A stretch of DNA of 64,000 nucleotides from an uncultured Lachnospiraceae bacterium. GTDB taxonomy: Bacteria; Bacillota; Clostridia; Lachnospirales; Lachnospiraceae. Location: the NCBI GenBank assembly GCA_944376425.1, contig CALWCS010000182.1, positions 10,828 to 74,827 of the forward strand, given 5' to 3'. Below are positions 20,565 to 29,778 of this stretch, one piece after another. A program made the translations under genes and the position numbers. Within the stretch, counting starts at the first letter, position 1, and the number at the start of each line of letters is the position of its first letter. A model generated the notes under the pieces. It did not search any database. It saw only the letters and a program-made list of their open reading frames with translations, and was not told the origin of the DNA.

Positions 20565-21162
20565 CGGCATCTCCTCCATTGAATGTGAATTCCTTCTTTG
20601 CTTCTTCCAATTTCGTCTGGAAAGAATTATCGATCAGGATGTGACGGCTTGGGATAACCGCTTTGGTTCCTCCCATAAAAGAGGACTTTGCTATAATAAA
20701 AGAAGAATTTTGGGCATTGTCATATGCTCGAAGAGATTCCAGAAGAGACGCATCTTCTACATCTAAGTAAATCTGGACTTCCTGATCTTTTGCAATCTCG
20801 TGGATACCATCTATCTGATGCTTTAAAAGTTTTATATAATCTTCTGTCTTTCTGTAAGCATTCAGTTTTTCTGTAACTTCCAGGAAAAGTTTCTCTTTTA
20901 ATTCTTTCGTCCTCTGTGTCAGGAGCCGTTTCAGCTTTATCTGTTCTTTGGAAAGCTGCATATTGTCAGCGCGTTTGATACTGTCAGTTTCTGTTTTTAT
21001 CTGAAGAGCGATTTGGCGGTCTTTATCTGCTTTATGATCGGCGAATACTTTATCCAGTGCGTTTTGATGTTCGCGGATCATATCTTCTGCAAGCGATTTT
21101 GCCTTTGCAATCGCAGAATCTTCAAAATGCTTCAGCTTTTCTTCTGTTGTCAAGACTGTCAC
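20557..21162 (-). CDS. atpE: V-type ATPase subunit E
   Basis: 201 aa with a charged coiled-coil N-terminus and globular C-terminus. Position in the operon supports the call. Confidence 0.8.
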   Translation of the reverse strand: MTVLTTEEKLKHFEDSAIAKAKSLAEDMIREHQNALDKVFADHKADKDRQIALQIKTETDSIKRADNMQLSKEQIKLKRLLTQRTKELKEKLFLEVTEKLNAYRKTEDYIKLLKHQIDGIHEIAKDQEVQIYLDVEDASLLESLRAYDNAQNSSFIIAKSSFMGGTKAVIPSRHILIDNSFQTKLEEAKKEFTFNGGDADE

Positions 21163-21167
21163 CTTCT

Positions 21168-21476
21168 TTACAATTTTATACCAATAGCCTCGTTGACGTA
21201 ATCCGTAATAAAGTTCGGTTTTCTTCCAGTACCGTGACGGTCAGGAATTTCAACGATCAGAGGAAGCTTTCGGTTTAACTTTACATCATCGATAATATCG
21301 GGAAACTCCCGTCCGAACTTTTCAGTAAGGAGAATAATTCCGATTGATTTGTCTGCAATAGTACGTTCAAGTGCCTCTTTCAGCGCCTGACGTTCGTGTA
21401 CAACACAGCCCTCTACGCCTGCTAGCCGCATTCCGGTATATGTGTCGACATTATCACTGATGAGATACATTTTCAT
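21168..21476 (-). CDS. atpF: V-type ATPase subunit F
   Basis: 102 aa. MYLISDNVDTYTGMRLAGVEG pattern of subunit F. Confidence 0.85.
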   Translation of the reverse strand: MKMYLISDNVDTYTGMRLAGVEGCVVHERQALKEALERTIADKSIGIILLTEKFGREFPDIIDDVKLNRKLPLIVEIPDRHGTGRKPNFITDYVNEAIGIKL

Positions 21477-21479
21477 AAA

Positions 21480-21926
21480 TTATAACTGACCTAAGATCAT
21501 AAAGGAAATGATCAGTCCATAAAGAGCAACACCTTCGGCAAGACCTACGAAAATCAGAGATTTACCAAGAATACTCTGGTCTTCACTGATGGCGCCAAGA
21601 GCAGCACTTGCAGCGCTAGCAACTGCAATACCACCGCCGATACAAGATAAACCTGTAACGAGAGCAGCAGCAAGATATCCAAGACCGGTAGCAAGACCTC
21701 CAGATGTAGATGCAACGGTCTCCTCAGCAGCCATTACACTGGAAGCATCACCTGTAAAAGCAATTACGTTAGCGAGGATCAAAGTTCCGAAGAAAAAGAA
21801 AACATTGACAGCAAGGGAAGCTTTATATCTGCTGCGGGTCTGTCTGCCCATCAAAAATGCTCCGAATGGCAGGAAAATACTGAGAATTAATGCAATTACG
21901 AGGGTTACTTGTGTAAGAGTATTCAT
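21480..21926 (-). CDS. atpK: V-type ATPase proteolipid subunit K
   Basis: Start at MNTLTQ with a GGAGGA RBS. Four TM segments. The C-terminal hairpin is Gly-rich with the essential carboxylate in GLAEGVALYG. Confidence 0.88.
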   Translation of the reverse strand: MNTLTQVTLVIALILSIFLPFGAFLMGRQTRSRYKASLAVNVFFFFGTLILANVIAFTGDASSVMAAEETVASTSGGLATGLGYLAAALVTGLSCIGGGIAVASAASAALGAISEDQSILGKSLIFVGLAEGVALYGLIISFMILGQL

Positions 21927-21957
21927 ATTTTTTTCCTCCTGGTTTAAAAATAAAAAT

Positions 21958-23904
21958 TTATTTAGTAAGTTTTTTTCCAAATGGCTGGAATTCATGACCT
22001 GTTCCATGATAGAAACGGCTGAACATTTCATAATATTCAAGACGTAAAACTTGAATACCGACGATTAAGCCTTCCATACCACAGACAAACAAATTGCCAA
22101 GAACAATGACAATCCAGTTTGGAGAAGCTCCGTTTTCAGCACCGGCAAGCATCAGTACAACTTCCATCATAGCAGCGTGACTGACAGCAAAAGCACCGAT
22201 ACGTACGAAAGAAAGTGTGTTGGAAAAATAGCTTAATAATACTTCAAATAATTCAAAAAATGTCTGAACGATAAACATACCTTTTTGCTTTGGCATATAA
22301 TCGGCGCGTTTCTGTACGAATTTGCTGAGCGGCTCTTTGAGAGCAATCAGCAGCAGAGGAACGCCAAACATGACAACCATTACAATGCCAGCCGGGAGGG
22401 TATGTCCTGTCAACAAAAGAACAATCGTTACGACAACAGCGCCATAAAAGACGAAGCCGGCAAGCCCGTTTGTATCAAACCAGGTAGACTCTACATCTTT
22501 TGATTTTAATCCATTGATGATATGGAAAATCATAGTAATTAAAATGAGTATCATACCAAAAGCGATTGCCACAATAAATACGGTATTGAGTTTGCCGATA
22601 AAAGGGATCGTAGTCATATGATTGACGGGTCTTAACCAAAGCGGTTCGATGACATCCTCAAATCCGAACACACTGCCGAAAAGAAATCCGAAAATCGTGG
22701 AAAAGACACCGGCACAGCTGATAATAGCGGCAAGATTAATCTTCTTAAAGCGATATAGAAGAAAACCGCCTACAGCAAGTAAAAGCCCCTGACCGACATC
22801 TCCGAACATAGCGCCAAAGATAAAGGCATACGTTAAACCAACAAAAATAGTAGGATCAATCTCATTATAGGACGGAAGACCATACATACGGATAAACATT
22901 TCAAATGGTTTAAAGATTTTCGGGTTTTTCAGCTTCGTAGGAGGCTGATCCACGGGGGTCGTATCGTCATCTTCTAAAATACAGAAGATATTATCGTCAT
23001 TTTCGATATCTTTCTGAAAAGATATGGCATCTGCCTGTGCCATCCATCCGCATAAGATATAGAAAACTTGCTGTTTATCTTTGGCTGTTGTACATGCTGC
23101 AAGCTTGCGGACATCAAAATTGACAAATAATTTTTCAATTTTTAATTTTGCAGACATCAGTGCCTGTTTTTCTTTCATCAGGATATCAGACACTTTTTTA
23201 TCACAATCTGCGATTTGAGTTTCCAGTGTGCTGATTTTCTTTTTCAGATCATCGCAGGCCTGTTTGGGAGTACCGTTATAGCAGTCCGGAATATAGGTAC
23301 GCTCAAAATGCATGGAAGAATAAACCGCATCAATTTTTTCAGCCTGCCCGGAAGGGACAAAATAGACGCCCCAGACATAACGCTTATCTGCATAACAATT
23401 AAAAAAGATCGTGTCTAGGTCGTCATAGATATACTTTTGAAGCTTGGAATAATATTCATGCTCAATTTTACCAAAGCGTAAACTGATAAATCGAAATCCA
23501 AGCAGGGTATGAAGATCGAAATCAAAAGAAGAAAAAGGCAAAATTTTGTCAAGAGATGCCTTTGACTCCTCAAGCTGACGTTCTAGCTCACTTTTTTGTT
23601 CATAGATAGAATTGATCTGTGTATCAAGCGATTGTATCAGTTCCTGTGCCTGTTCTTTGGAACATGGGTTTGAAGCATTGATATCTTCGTCAGAAACAGA
23701 AATCTGCTTACAGAAAGATTCCGCCTTAGAGAGCAGTTCCCGGTAAGGATTTGTTTCCATATAAGGACGAAGATGTTCTACAGTATTTAACTTGGAAAGA
23801 GCATTTTCCAGATGAATTTCATATTTGGAAAGATACTGATCCACAACGCGGTCGATATCGTCTCGCGGACCAGTAATACTCAAAAATTTCATTTTTACAA
23901 TCAT
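21958..23904 (-). CDS. atpI: V-type ATPase subunit I
   Basis: 648 aa with a cytoplasmic coiled-coil N-half and a polytopic C-half ending in VLRLEYYEMFSRFY. Confidence 0.92.
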   Translation of the reverse strand: MIVKMKFLSITGPRDDIDRVVDQYLSKYEIHLENALSKLNTVEHLRPYMETNPYRELLSKAESFCKQISVSDEDINASNPCSKEQAQELIQSLDTQINSIYEQKSELERQLEESKASLDKILPFSSFDFDLHTLLGFRFISLRFGKIEHEYYSKLQKYIYDDLDTIFFNCYADKRYVWGVYFVPSGQAEKIDAVYSSMHFERTYIPDCYNGTPKQACDDLKKKISTLETQIADCDKKVSDILMKEKQALMSAKLKIEKLFVNFDVRKLAACTTAKDKQQVFYILCGWMAQADAISFQKDIENDDNIFCILEDDDTTPVDQPPTKLKNPKIFKPFEMFIRMYGLPSYNEIDPTIFVGLTYAFIFGAMFGDVGQGLLLAVGGFLLYRFKKINLAAIISCAGVFSTIFGFLFGSVFGFEDVIEPLWLRPVNHMTTIPFIGKLNTVFIVAIAFGMILILITMIFHIINGLKSKDVESTWFDTNGLAGFVFYGAVVVTIVLLLTGHTLPAGIVMVVMFGVPLLLIALKEPLSKFVQKRADYMPKQKGMFIVQTFFELFEVLLSYFSNTLSFVRIGAFAVSHAAMMEVVLMLAGAENGASPNWIVIVLGNLFVCGMEGLIVGIQVLRLEYYEMFSRFYHGTGHEFQPFGKKLTK

Positions 23905-23922
23905 GGGTACACACCTCCTTTG

Positions 23923-24960
23923 CTAATAAATAATATATTTGAGTGTTTCGGACGGCGAGATACCATAACGGATACACTCAAGAGCGGTAGTCAATCGATC
24001 AACCTCATGTTCTTTCTCAAAGAGATAAGAAATAATGACAGCGATAGAGTAAGGATTGCGCCGTGCGTGATCTCTTTGCACTTTATGGCGGATAATGTTG
24101 TACATAGATTCCATAGACTGTATTCCATATCCAGGATAATGGACAGCATAATATGTTTTTGAGAGAGCTTCCTGAAAATCTTTACTCTCTGGTGCTTCTA
24201 CAAGTCTTTTAATATCTTCTTTCTTTAAATGATAATTAATTGGAATTAAAATGGCATAAATTTCCGAAGCAGACATTTGAAAGAAATGTTTGGAACGGTA
24301 AATCCAGTCAATATTTAGAAGATCCATTTTTGTACCGTATGCTTCGGTAAAGATTTTTAAAGGGGCACCTTTTAAAATGCGATCTTTCTGCTTCCAAAAG
24401 GAAGTAAAATAGAAAAGATCCAGTGCCATTTCATAATCCCATAAAGTGGGAGAAGGCTGCTCGGAAACTTTTAAAAGACAGTTATAATAGACAGAATCTT
24501 TTAAAGAATTTATAAATTCTTCCATTGTTTCACAGGAAGCAAGAGCAGAGATATCAATTTTCGAGTGCTGATCAAAAAAATTTTTAAAAATTGTAAGATC
24601 AAGGTCAAAAAGCCGATGATCGAAAATAGAACGCATACAATTTTTTAAAACAACTAATTCATATCTTTGAAAATACAGAGTTAAAAATTTTCTCTGATAG
24701 ATACTGGCAAAACGATAAATTTTCTGAAATGCCATATAGATAGAATTTGTCAGCATCCTTTCAATTTCACCGCGGTGCAGGGTGGATTCTTCACGTCCAA
24801 GAAATACATTATCGTATCCAGGGTGATGTCTGATATACCCAAGTGCTTCTGTAACAGTAGAGAGATGGGCAAGCTCTTCATACTCTTCGTTTGTAAAAAG
24901 ATGGCTGTGCATAGCACGAATTTTAGTTGCCGTACCGCTGTAGGCTAGTAGTTGTCCCAT
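23923..24960 (-). CDS. atpC: V-type ATPase subunit C (V0 d-type)
   Basis: 345 aa all-helical protein in the expected operon position. Confidence 0.8.
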   Translation of the reverse strand: MGQLLAYSGTATKIRAMHSHLFTNEEYEELAHLSTVTEALGYIRHHPGYDNVFLGREESTLHRGEIERMLTNSIYMAFQKIYRFASIYQRKFLTLYFQRYELVVLKNCMRSIFDHRLFDLDLTIFKNFFDQHSKIDISALASCETMEEFINSLKDSVYYNCLLKVSEQPSPTLWDYEMALDLFYFTSFWKQKDRILKGAPLKIFTEAYGTKMDLLNIDWIYRSKHFFQMSASEIYAILIPINYHLKKEDIKRLVEAPESKDFQEALSKTYYAVHYPGYGIQSMESMYNIIRHKVQRDHARRNPYSIAVIISYLFEKEHEVDRLTTALECIRYGISPSETLKYIIY

Positions 24961-24964
24961 AATT

Positions 24965-25276
24965 TCACATCCTAATTAAATCATTCAGAATTTTATCTGC
25001 AAGTTCTTCATGCTGCTTTTCGAAGATCAGAGTCATATTTTCCATCGCTGTCTCTGTCTCTTGCTTGAGATCTTTTAAATTTTCTTCCATATCTCTGGCA
25101 AGCTGTTCTCTTAGTTTAGAAAGAGTATCAGTCATTTTTTGATCTTCTGCACGATCATAAGCTGCAATTTTTTCCTTAAGCTGTTCATCGAGTTTTTTTG
25201 TGTCAGTGGTGGCACTGTCGATGATACGAACGGATGCAACTTCAATCTCAGATAACTTACTGATAATTTGATCCAT
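24965..25276 (-). CDS. V-type ATPase peripheral-stalk subunit (G/H-like)
   Basis: 103 aa charged coiled-coil protein and first gene of the operon. Assignment rests on position and composition. Confidence 0.6.
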   Translation of the reverse strand: MDQIISKLSEIEVASVRIIDSATTDTKKLDEQLKEKIAAYDRAEDQKMTDTLSKLREQLARDMEENLKDLKQETETAMENMTLIFEKQHEELADKILNDLIRM

Positions 25277-25417
25277 TTTTTTTCCCTCCTTTGTCCTTTA
25301 TTATTTTACACCTTTATAAGAAAAATGCTATAGAAAAAAATTTTTTTCTTATGAAAAAAATTGTTAAAAGTGTCTATGAAAAAAAAGAAAAAGGAAAGAT
25401 GAGTTCGTACATTTTTT

Positions 25418-25445
25418 CTTGACAGCTTCCAGAAAAAGAATATGA
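25418..25445 (+). promoter_or_regulatory. sigma-A type promoter of trmB
   Basis: TTGACA, 16-nt spacer, TATGAT. Confidence 0.55.
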
Positions 25446-25500
25446 TTAGGATGGATATAAAAATTAAGAGAAAAATTTAGGAGAGAATAGGAGAGAAAGA

Positions 25501-26142
25501 ATGAGACTGAGAAATATCCCGGGATCAAGAGAAGTAATTGGAGCAAGCGAATATGTGATTCACGATATGGAAACTGCAAAAGGAAGATGGTCAGAAATAT
25601 TTGGAAATGATGGACCGATCTATATTGAAGTCGGAATGGGAAAAGGAAAATTTATTACACAGCTTGCGGTGGAGAATCCTGATAAGAATTTTGTCGGAAT
25701 TGAAAAGTATTCCAGTGTCCTTTTAAGAGCTTTAGAAAAGAGAGAACAGCTGAAAGAACTGAAGAATTTATATTTTTTGAGGATGGATGCAGAAGATTTG
25801 GAGAAAGTATTCGAAAATGGAGAAGTAGCAGGAATTTATCTGAATTTTTCTGATCCATGGCCAAAAGACCGACACGCTAAAAGACGTCTGCCTTCCAAAC
25901 AGTTCTTAGACCGATATGATAAAATTTTGGTTTCAGAAGGAAAAGTGGAATTTAAGACAGATAATCAGGATTTGTTTCAATTTGCACTAGAACAGGTAAA
26001 AGAAGCCGGATGGAGACTGGAACAATGTACTTTTGACCTTCATAAAGATTCTAAGATGATGGAAGGAAATATTATGACGGAATACGAGGAACGATTTTCG
26101 GCTCAGGGCAATCCGATCTGTAAAATGATTATCAGTCGGTAA
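25501..26142 (+). CDS. trmB: tRNA (guanine46-N7)-methyltransferase
   Basis: 213 aa with EVGMGKG SAM motif and FSDPWPKDRHAKRR motif. Confidence 0.92.
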   Translation: MRLRNIPGSREVIGASEYVIHDMETAKGRWSEIFGNDGPIYIEVGMGKGKFITQLAVENPDKNFVGIEKYSSVLLRALEKREQLKELKNLYFLRMDAEDLEKVFENGEVAGIYLNFSDPWPKDRHAKRRLPSKQFLDRYDKILVSEGKVEFKTDNQDLFQFALEQVKEAGWRLEQCTFDLHKDSKMMEGNIMTEYEERFSAQGNPICKMIISR

Positions 26143-26207
26143 AAAATGGAAGAAAATAAAAAATTTCTGCATAGAGATAGTAAAAATGGGAAGAGGAATA
26201 CTGTATC

Positions 26208-26399
26208 ATGCAGGGAAAAAGACGAAATTTTAAAGAAGTAATGAAACAACTGTCTTACGATAAACCAGTGATCGATCAGCAGGCAATTAAAATTTGGAAA
26301 TCTTTAGACGAAGTAAAGAAAACGCTCAACGAAGGATGGAAGAAAAAAGAAACGAAAGATCAAAAAGAACATGGGAAAAATACAGGTAAAAGGAAATAA
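26208..26399 (+). CDS. hypothetical small lysine-rich protein
   Basis: 63 aa ORF with a purine-rich GAAGAGGAA upstream. No recognisable domain. Confidence 0.35.
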   Translation: MQGKRRNFKEVMKQLSYDKPVIDQQAIKIWKSLDEVKKTLNEGWKKKETKDQKEHGKNTGKRK

Positions 26400-26572
26400 A
26401 TAGAAATTTTGAAGAATATTATTTGTAATTTTGGAAATACTTTTTCATAAGCATAGCTTTTTAGTGGTTTTTTAAGAGATATCAGTTATTTTTCTTCTGA
26501 TCTTGCCTGCGGCAGGTCTGCAGGTAAAATCAGAGAAAAAATAAAAAATTGTAGAAATTTGTAAAAAAGTAC

Positions 26573-26601
26573 TTGCATTTCTAAAAAAACTATAATATAA
26601 T
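26573..26601 (+). promoter_or_regulatory. sigma-A type promoter of tRNA-Lys
   Basis: TTGCAT, 17-nt spacer, TATAAT. Confidence 0.6.
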
Positions 26602-26629
26602 ATTTCATGCGTTGAATGAATAGGTTTAA

Positions 26630-26702
26630 GCGCTTTTAGCTCAGTTGGTAGAGCACCTGACTCTTAATCAGGGTGTCCAGGGTTCGAGCCCCTGAAGGCG
26701 CA
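26630..26702 (+). tRNA. tRNA-Lys (anticodon CTT)
   Basis: Hand-folded cloverleaf: acceptor GCGCTTT/AAGGCGC, D arm GCTC..GAGC, anticodon stem CCTGA/TCAGG with loop CTCTTAA, T arm CAGGG TTCGAGC CCCTG. No encoded CCA. Confidence 0.95.
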
Positions 26703-26710
26703 TGTAAAAG

Positions 26711-26752
26711 CACTGTTTTTGCAGATATAGGCTGCGGGGACGGTGTTTTTTT
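26711..26752 (+). terminator. intrinsic terminator after tRNA-Lys
   Basis: 14-bp stem (several G-U pairs) CACTGTTTTTGCAG / CTGCGGGGACGGTG followed by T7. Confidence 0.6.
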
Positions 26753-26793
26753 ATTGTATTGTATAAGAAACTTGTACCCTATGCCAATATGCG

Positions 26794-26822
26794 TTGAATC
26801 TTTTGCAAAGATTCGCTATAAT
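26794..26822 (+). promoter_or_regulatory. sigma-A type promoter of ABC importer operon
   Basis: TTGAAT, 17-nt spacer, TATAAT. Confidence 0.6.
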
Positions 26823-26897
26823 AAAAAGGAATTCAAAAAATAAGATGGCAGGTATTACAGCGGAAAAATCCGCTCTATCAATCAGGAGGTTATAAAA

Positions 26898-27887
26898 ATG
26901 AAAAAAAGGTGGATAAGTTTTGCGGCAGCAGCTGGATTACTGATCAGCTCGATGACAGCATTTGCAGCGGAAAATCCAGAAGATACGGTTGTACGTGTCG
27001 GTGCTCTGAAGGGACCTACATCCATGGGACTTGTTTCGATGATGGATCAAAGCGAGAAGGGAGAAACTGACAATCAGTATGAATTTACAATGGTGACGGC
27101 AGCAGATGAGCTTTTGCCGCAGGTGATCAGCGGTCAGCTGGATATTGCTCTGATTCCCGCAAATATGGCTTCTATTTTGTATCAGAGAACAGAAGGAGAG
27201 ATTCGAGTCATTGATATTAATACTCTCGGGGTGCTGTATGCAGTCTCAGGAGATGATTCTATTGCAAGCACTGCAGATTTAAAAGGAAAAACAATTTATT
27301 TAACAGGAAAGGGAACGACTCCAGATTATGTTTTGCAGTATCTTTTAGAAGAAAATGGGATTAGTTTAGAGGAAGTGACTTTGGAATATAAATCGGAAGC
27401 TACGGAAGTTGCTGCAATTCTTGCCGAGACACCTCAAGCAGTCGGAATCTTACCTCAGCCCTTTGCGACAGTAGCACTCTCGAATAATGAGGCACTAAAA
27501 AATGTACTTGATCTGACAAAAGAATGGGATCATTTAAATGAGGAAAGTAAAAGCCGTCTTGTGACCGGAGTGACAATCGTGCGCAGTGAATTTTTGGAAG
27601 AAAATCCGGAAGAAGTGGCGGCATTTTTAGAGGACCATGAATCTTCTGCAAATTTTATCAATGAAAATCCAAAAGAAGGAGCAGAACTGGTAGAACAGGC
27701 AGGAATTGTAGAAAAAGCGGCAATTGCCGAGAAAGCAATTCCTTACTGTAATATTACATGTATCACGGGCGAAGAGATGAAAGATGCACTCTTAGGATAT
27801 CTGCAGGTATTGTACGATCTGAATCCGGATTCGGTAGGAGGTACGCTGCCAGAGGAGGACTTTTATCAGATCCCTTTATCTGAGTAA
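26898..27887 (+). CDS. ABC transporter substrate-binding protein (NMT1/SsuA-like family)
   Basis: Signal peptide and type-2 periplasmic-binding-fold pattern. First gene of a binding-protein/permease/ATPase operon. Confidence 0.75.
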   Translation: MKKRWISFAAAAGLLISSMTAFAAENPEDTVVRVGALKGPTSMGLVSMMDQSEKGETDNQYEFTMVTAADELLPQVISGQLDIALIPANMASILYQRTEGEIRVIDINTLGVLYAVSGDDSIASTADLKGKTIYLTGKGTTPDYVLQYLLEENGISLEEVTLEYKSEATEVAAILAETPQAVGILPQPFATVALSNNEALKNVLDLTKEWDHLNEESKSRLVTGVTIVRSEFLEENPEEVAAFLEDHESSANFINENPKEGAELVEQAGIVEKAAIAEKAIPYCNITCITGEEMKDALLGYLQVLYDLNPDSVGGTLPEEDFYQIPLSE

Positions 27888-28646
27888 ATGAAAAAGGAAA
27901 TTACCCAAAAGATCAGAAAAACAGCGATTATTTTTGCATGGATTTTGGTTTGGGAAATTTTTGCAAAATGGATTGGAAATGATATCTTGATTGCAGGACC
28001 AGTTGATGTGGCAAAAGCGCTCGTCAAAAACTTATTTGAAATAGAATTTTTAAGAGCAGCCGGAAATTCTTTTATTAGAATTTCTCTGGGATTTTTGGGA
28101 GCTTTTCTGATCGGTATTTTTACTGCGTCTGCATCATGGCGTTTCCGAATTTTGGGAGAAATTTTGGAACCAGTGGTGTCTTTGATGAAGACAGTACCGG
28201 TTGCGTCTATCGTGATTTTACTGCTGATGTGGACAACTTCAAAAAATTTATCGATCGCTATCTCTTTTATGGTGACATTCCCTGCAATCTATTTTCAGAC
28301 AATAGAAGGACTAAGTTCTGTAGATACCAAATTGCTGGAGATGGCACAGGTATACGAAATTTCTCCATGGAAAAAAATCTGGTATCTCTACCGCCCGGCT
28401 GTCTTGCCGTATCTTGCCGGAAGCTGCAGGGCTGCTGTCGGAATGGGATGGAAGTCGGGAATTGCTGCAGAAGTGATCGGAGTGCCAGATCATACGATAG
28501 GGGAACGACTTTATATGGCCAAAATTTATCTGGAAACTGCCGACCTTTTCGCTTGGACTATCGTAGTACTGATTTTATCTATGATATTTGAAAAAATAAT
28601 TTTCTGGATATTGAGACGAATTTCAGGAAAGGGCAAAATAGTATGA
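27888..28646 (+). CDS. ABC transporter permease (binding-protein-dependent family)
   Basis: 252 aa with 6 TM segments and an EAA-like loop. Start directly abuts the upstream stop. Confidence 0.85.
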   Translation: MKKEITQKIRKTAIIFAWILVWEIFAKWIGNDILIAGPVDVAKALVKNLFEIEFLRAAGNSFIRISLGFLGAFLIGIFTASASWRFRILGEILEPVVSLMKTVPVASIVILLLMWTTSKNLSIAISFMVTFPAIYFQTIEGLSSVDTKLLEMAQVYEISPWKKIWYLYRPAVLPYLAGSCRAAVGMGWKSGIAAEVIGVPDHTIGERLYMAKIYLETADLFAWTIVVLILSMIFEKIIFWILRRISGKGKIV

Positions 28647-29251
28647 AACTGGAAGTCAGAGAAATAGTAAAATCATATGATGGAAAAACAGTATTGGACC
28701 ATATTAGTCTGACAGTGCAAGAAGGACAGGGGCTATGTGTGATGGGACCTTCAGGATGCGGAAAGACGACATTATTTCGTATTTTGCTGGGACTCGAAAA
28801 ACCAGATGAAGGGATGATAAAGGGAGTACAAAAGTCATTTCTTTCGGCTGTCTTTCAGGAAGACCGTCTGTTGGAGGAGTTTAATGCTGTAGAAAATGTT
28901 TGGATTGTCTGCAATAGGAAATATTCACGGACAGAAATTCAAAAGGAACTTTGTGAGATTTTGCCTAAAGAATCTCTATATCAACCAGTCAGACAGTTAA
29001 GCGGCGGTATGAAGCGGCGGGTAGCACTTGTCAGAGCGATGAAAAAAGAAAGCAGTCTGGTGATCATGGATGAGCCGTTTACGGGACTTGATGAAGAGAC
29101 AAAAAAAATAGTGATCCGATATCTGAAAAAAAAGCTGGAGGGAAAAACCTTTTTATTTTCCACTCATCAGGAAGAAGAAGCAAGGCAGATGGGGACACAA
29201 ATTTATCAAATGTGCCGTAAAACCTCTTGCTTTAGCTATGAGAAGTGTTAA
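28643..29251 (+). CDS. ABC transporter ATP-binding protein
   Basis: Walker A GPSGCGKTT, signature LSGGMKRRV, Walker B LVIMDEP. ATGA overlap with the permease. Confidence 0.9.
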   Translation: MKLEVREIVKSYDGKTVLDHISLTVQEGQGLCVMGPSGCGKTTLFRILLGLEKPDEGMIKGVQKSFLSAVFQEDRLLEEFNAVENVWIVCNRKYSRTEIQKELCEILPKESLYQPVRQLSGGMKRRVALVRAMKKESSLVIMDEPFTGLDEETKKIVIRYLKKKLEGKTFLFSTHQEEEARQMGTQIYQMCRKTSCFSYEKC

Positions 29252-29274
29252 AAAATAGAAAAAAGAAAATAAAA

Positions 29275-29313
29275 AGAGCCATCAGATTTTTCTTTGTTAG
29301 ATCTGATGGCTCT
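29275..29313. terminator. strong hairpin terminator, best U-tract in minus orientation
   Basis: 13-bp perfect stem AGAGCCATCAGAT / ATCTGATGGCTCT. In minus-strand reading it is followed by TTTTTATTTTCTTTTTTC, in plus-strand reading only by TTT. Confidence 0.7.
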
Positions 29314-29330
29314 TTAATGCACCTGATTGT

Positions 29331-29750
29331 CCATTGGATTTTACCTCCATTTTTAATAGCTTCATGAGGAATAATACTTTTTAAAATGGCATTTGAATAA
29401 TTGACTTTTGGTTTCTTAGATTTTTAGGTTTGGCTTGTTATTGGTTTCTTCTTTCGTTCACGCTATAGAAAAGAAATTTTCTATTCCCAGAAGATAAAAC
29501 AAAATATAAAACACGAATTATAAATTTAGTTTCCCATTGGAGGTTACCTTACTTTCTTTAAATTTTTCATTTTAATCTTTTTAGTTTTAAATTAAAATCA
29601 AAAGAATTTTTATAACGTTCCCATTGGAATTTTTCTCACTTTCTAAAATAATACGGTAATTCTATTTAATTTCTGGTGGTTTGTACCTTCCTTTCTTTAA
29701 ATTATGAGATAATAATTTAATATTTCGGTGGTCTCAGTCCTTTCTTTTTT
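29331..29750. repeat. array of 5 (plus 1 weak) degenerate ~26-nt direct repeats
   Basis: Units at 29331-29356, 29533-29561, 29620-29648, 29673-29700 and 29726-29750 (weak unit at 29439-29457). Plus-strand consensus is roughly C(C/T)(A/G)(T/G)TGG-N5-8-CCT(T/C)(A/C)CTTTCTTTAA. Confidence 0.7.
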
Positions 29751-29778
29751 GTTTTTCCTTTGTTCTTTTGATGGCTTT

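Larger units (their letters stand above)
29265..29772 (-). ncRNA. candidate ~0.5 kb noncoding RNA with repeated extended-SD-like units
   Basis: Bounded by the consensus promoter at 29779-29807 and the terminator at 29275-29313. No minus-strand ORF in the track lies downstream of the predicted start at about 29772. The only overlap is the last ~13 codons of ORF 29734..29931, whose start lies upstream of that promoter. Contains 5-6 degenerate direct repeats. Confidence 0.4.

Noticed and set aside
21589-22047. A 152-aa plus-strand ORF.
   Set aside because: It is antisense to the V-ATPase K subunit. The Ala/Pro/Arg-rich composition is typical of the reverse frame of a Gly/Ala-rich membrane protein.
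26608-26799. A repeated GCGTTGAAT 9-mer upstream of tRNA-Lys and of the ABC operon.
   Set aside because: The second copy simply contains the -35 hexamer TTGAAT. Two 9-mers are not enough to claim a shared operator.
28136-28591. A 151-aa plus-strand ORF inside the ABC permease.
   Set aside because: It is an alternative frame of a clear 6-TM permease gene, with no RBS.
29331-29750. Reading the direct repeats as a CRISPR array.
   Set aside because: The repeats are degenerate (about 60-75 percent identity), spacing is irregular (53-108 nt), and there is no leader or cas genes.
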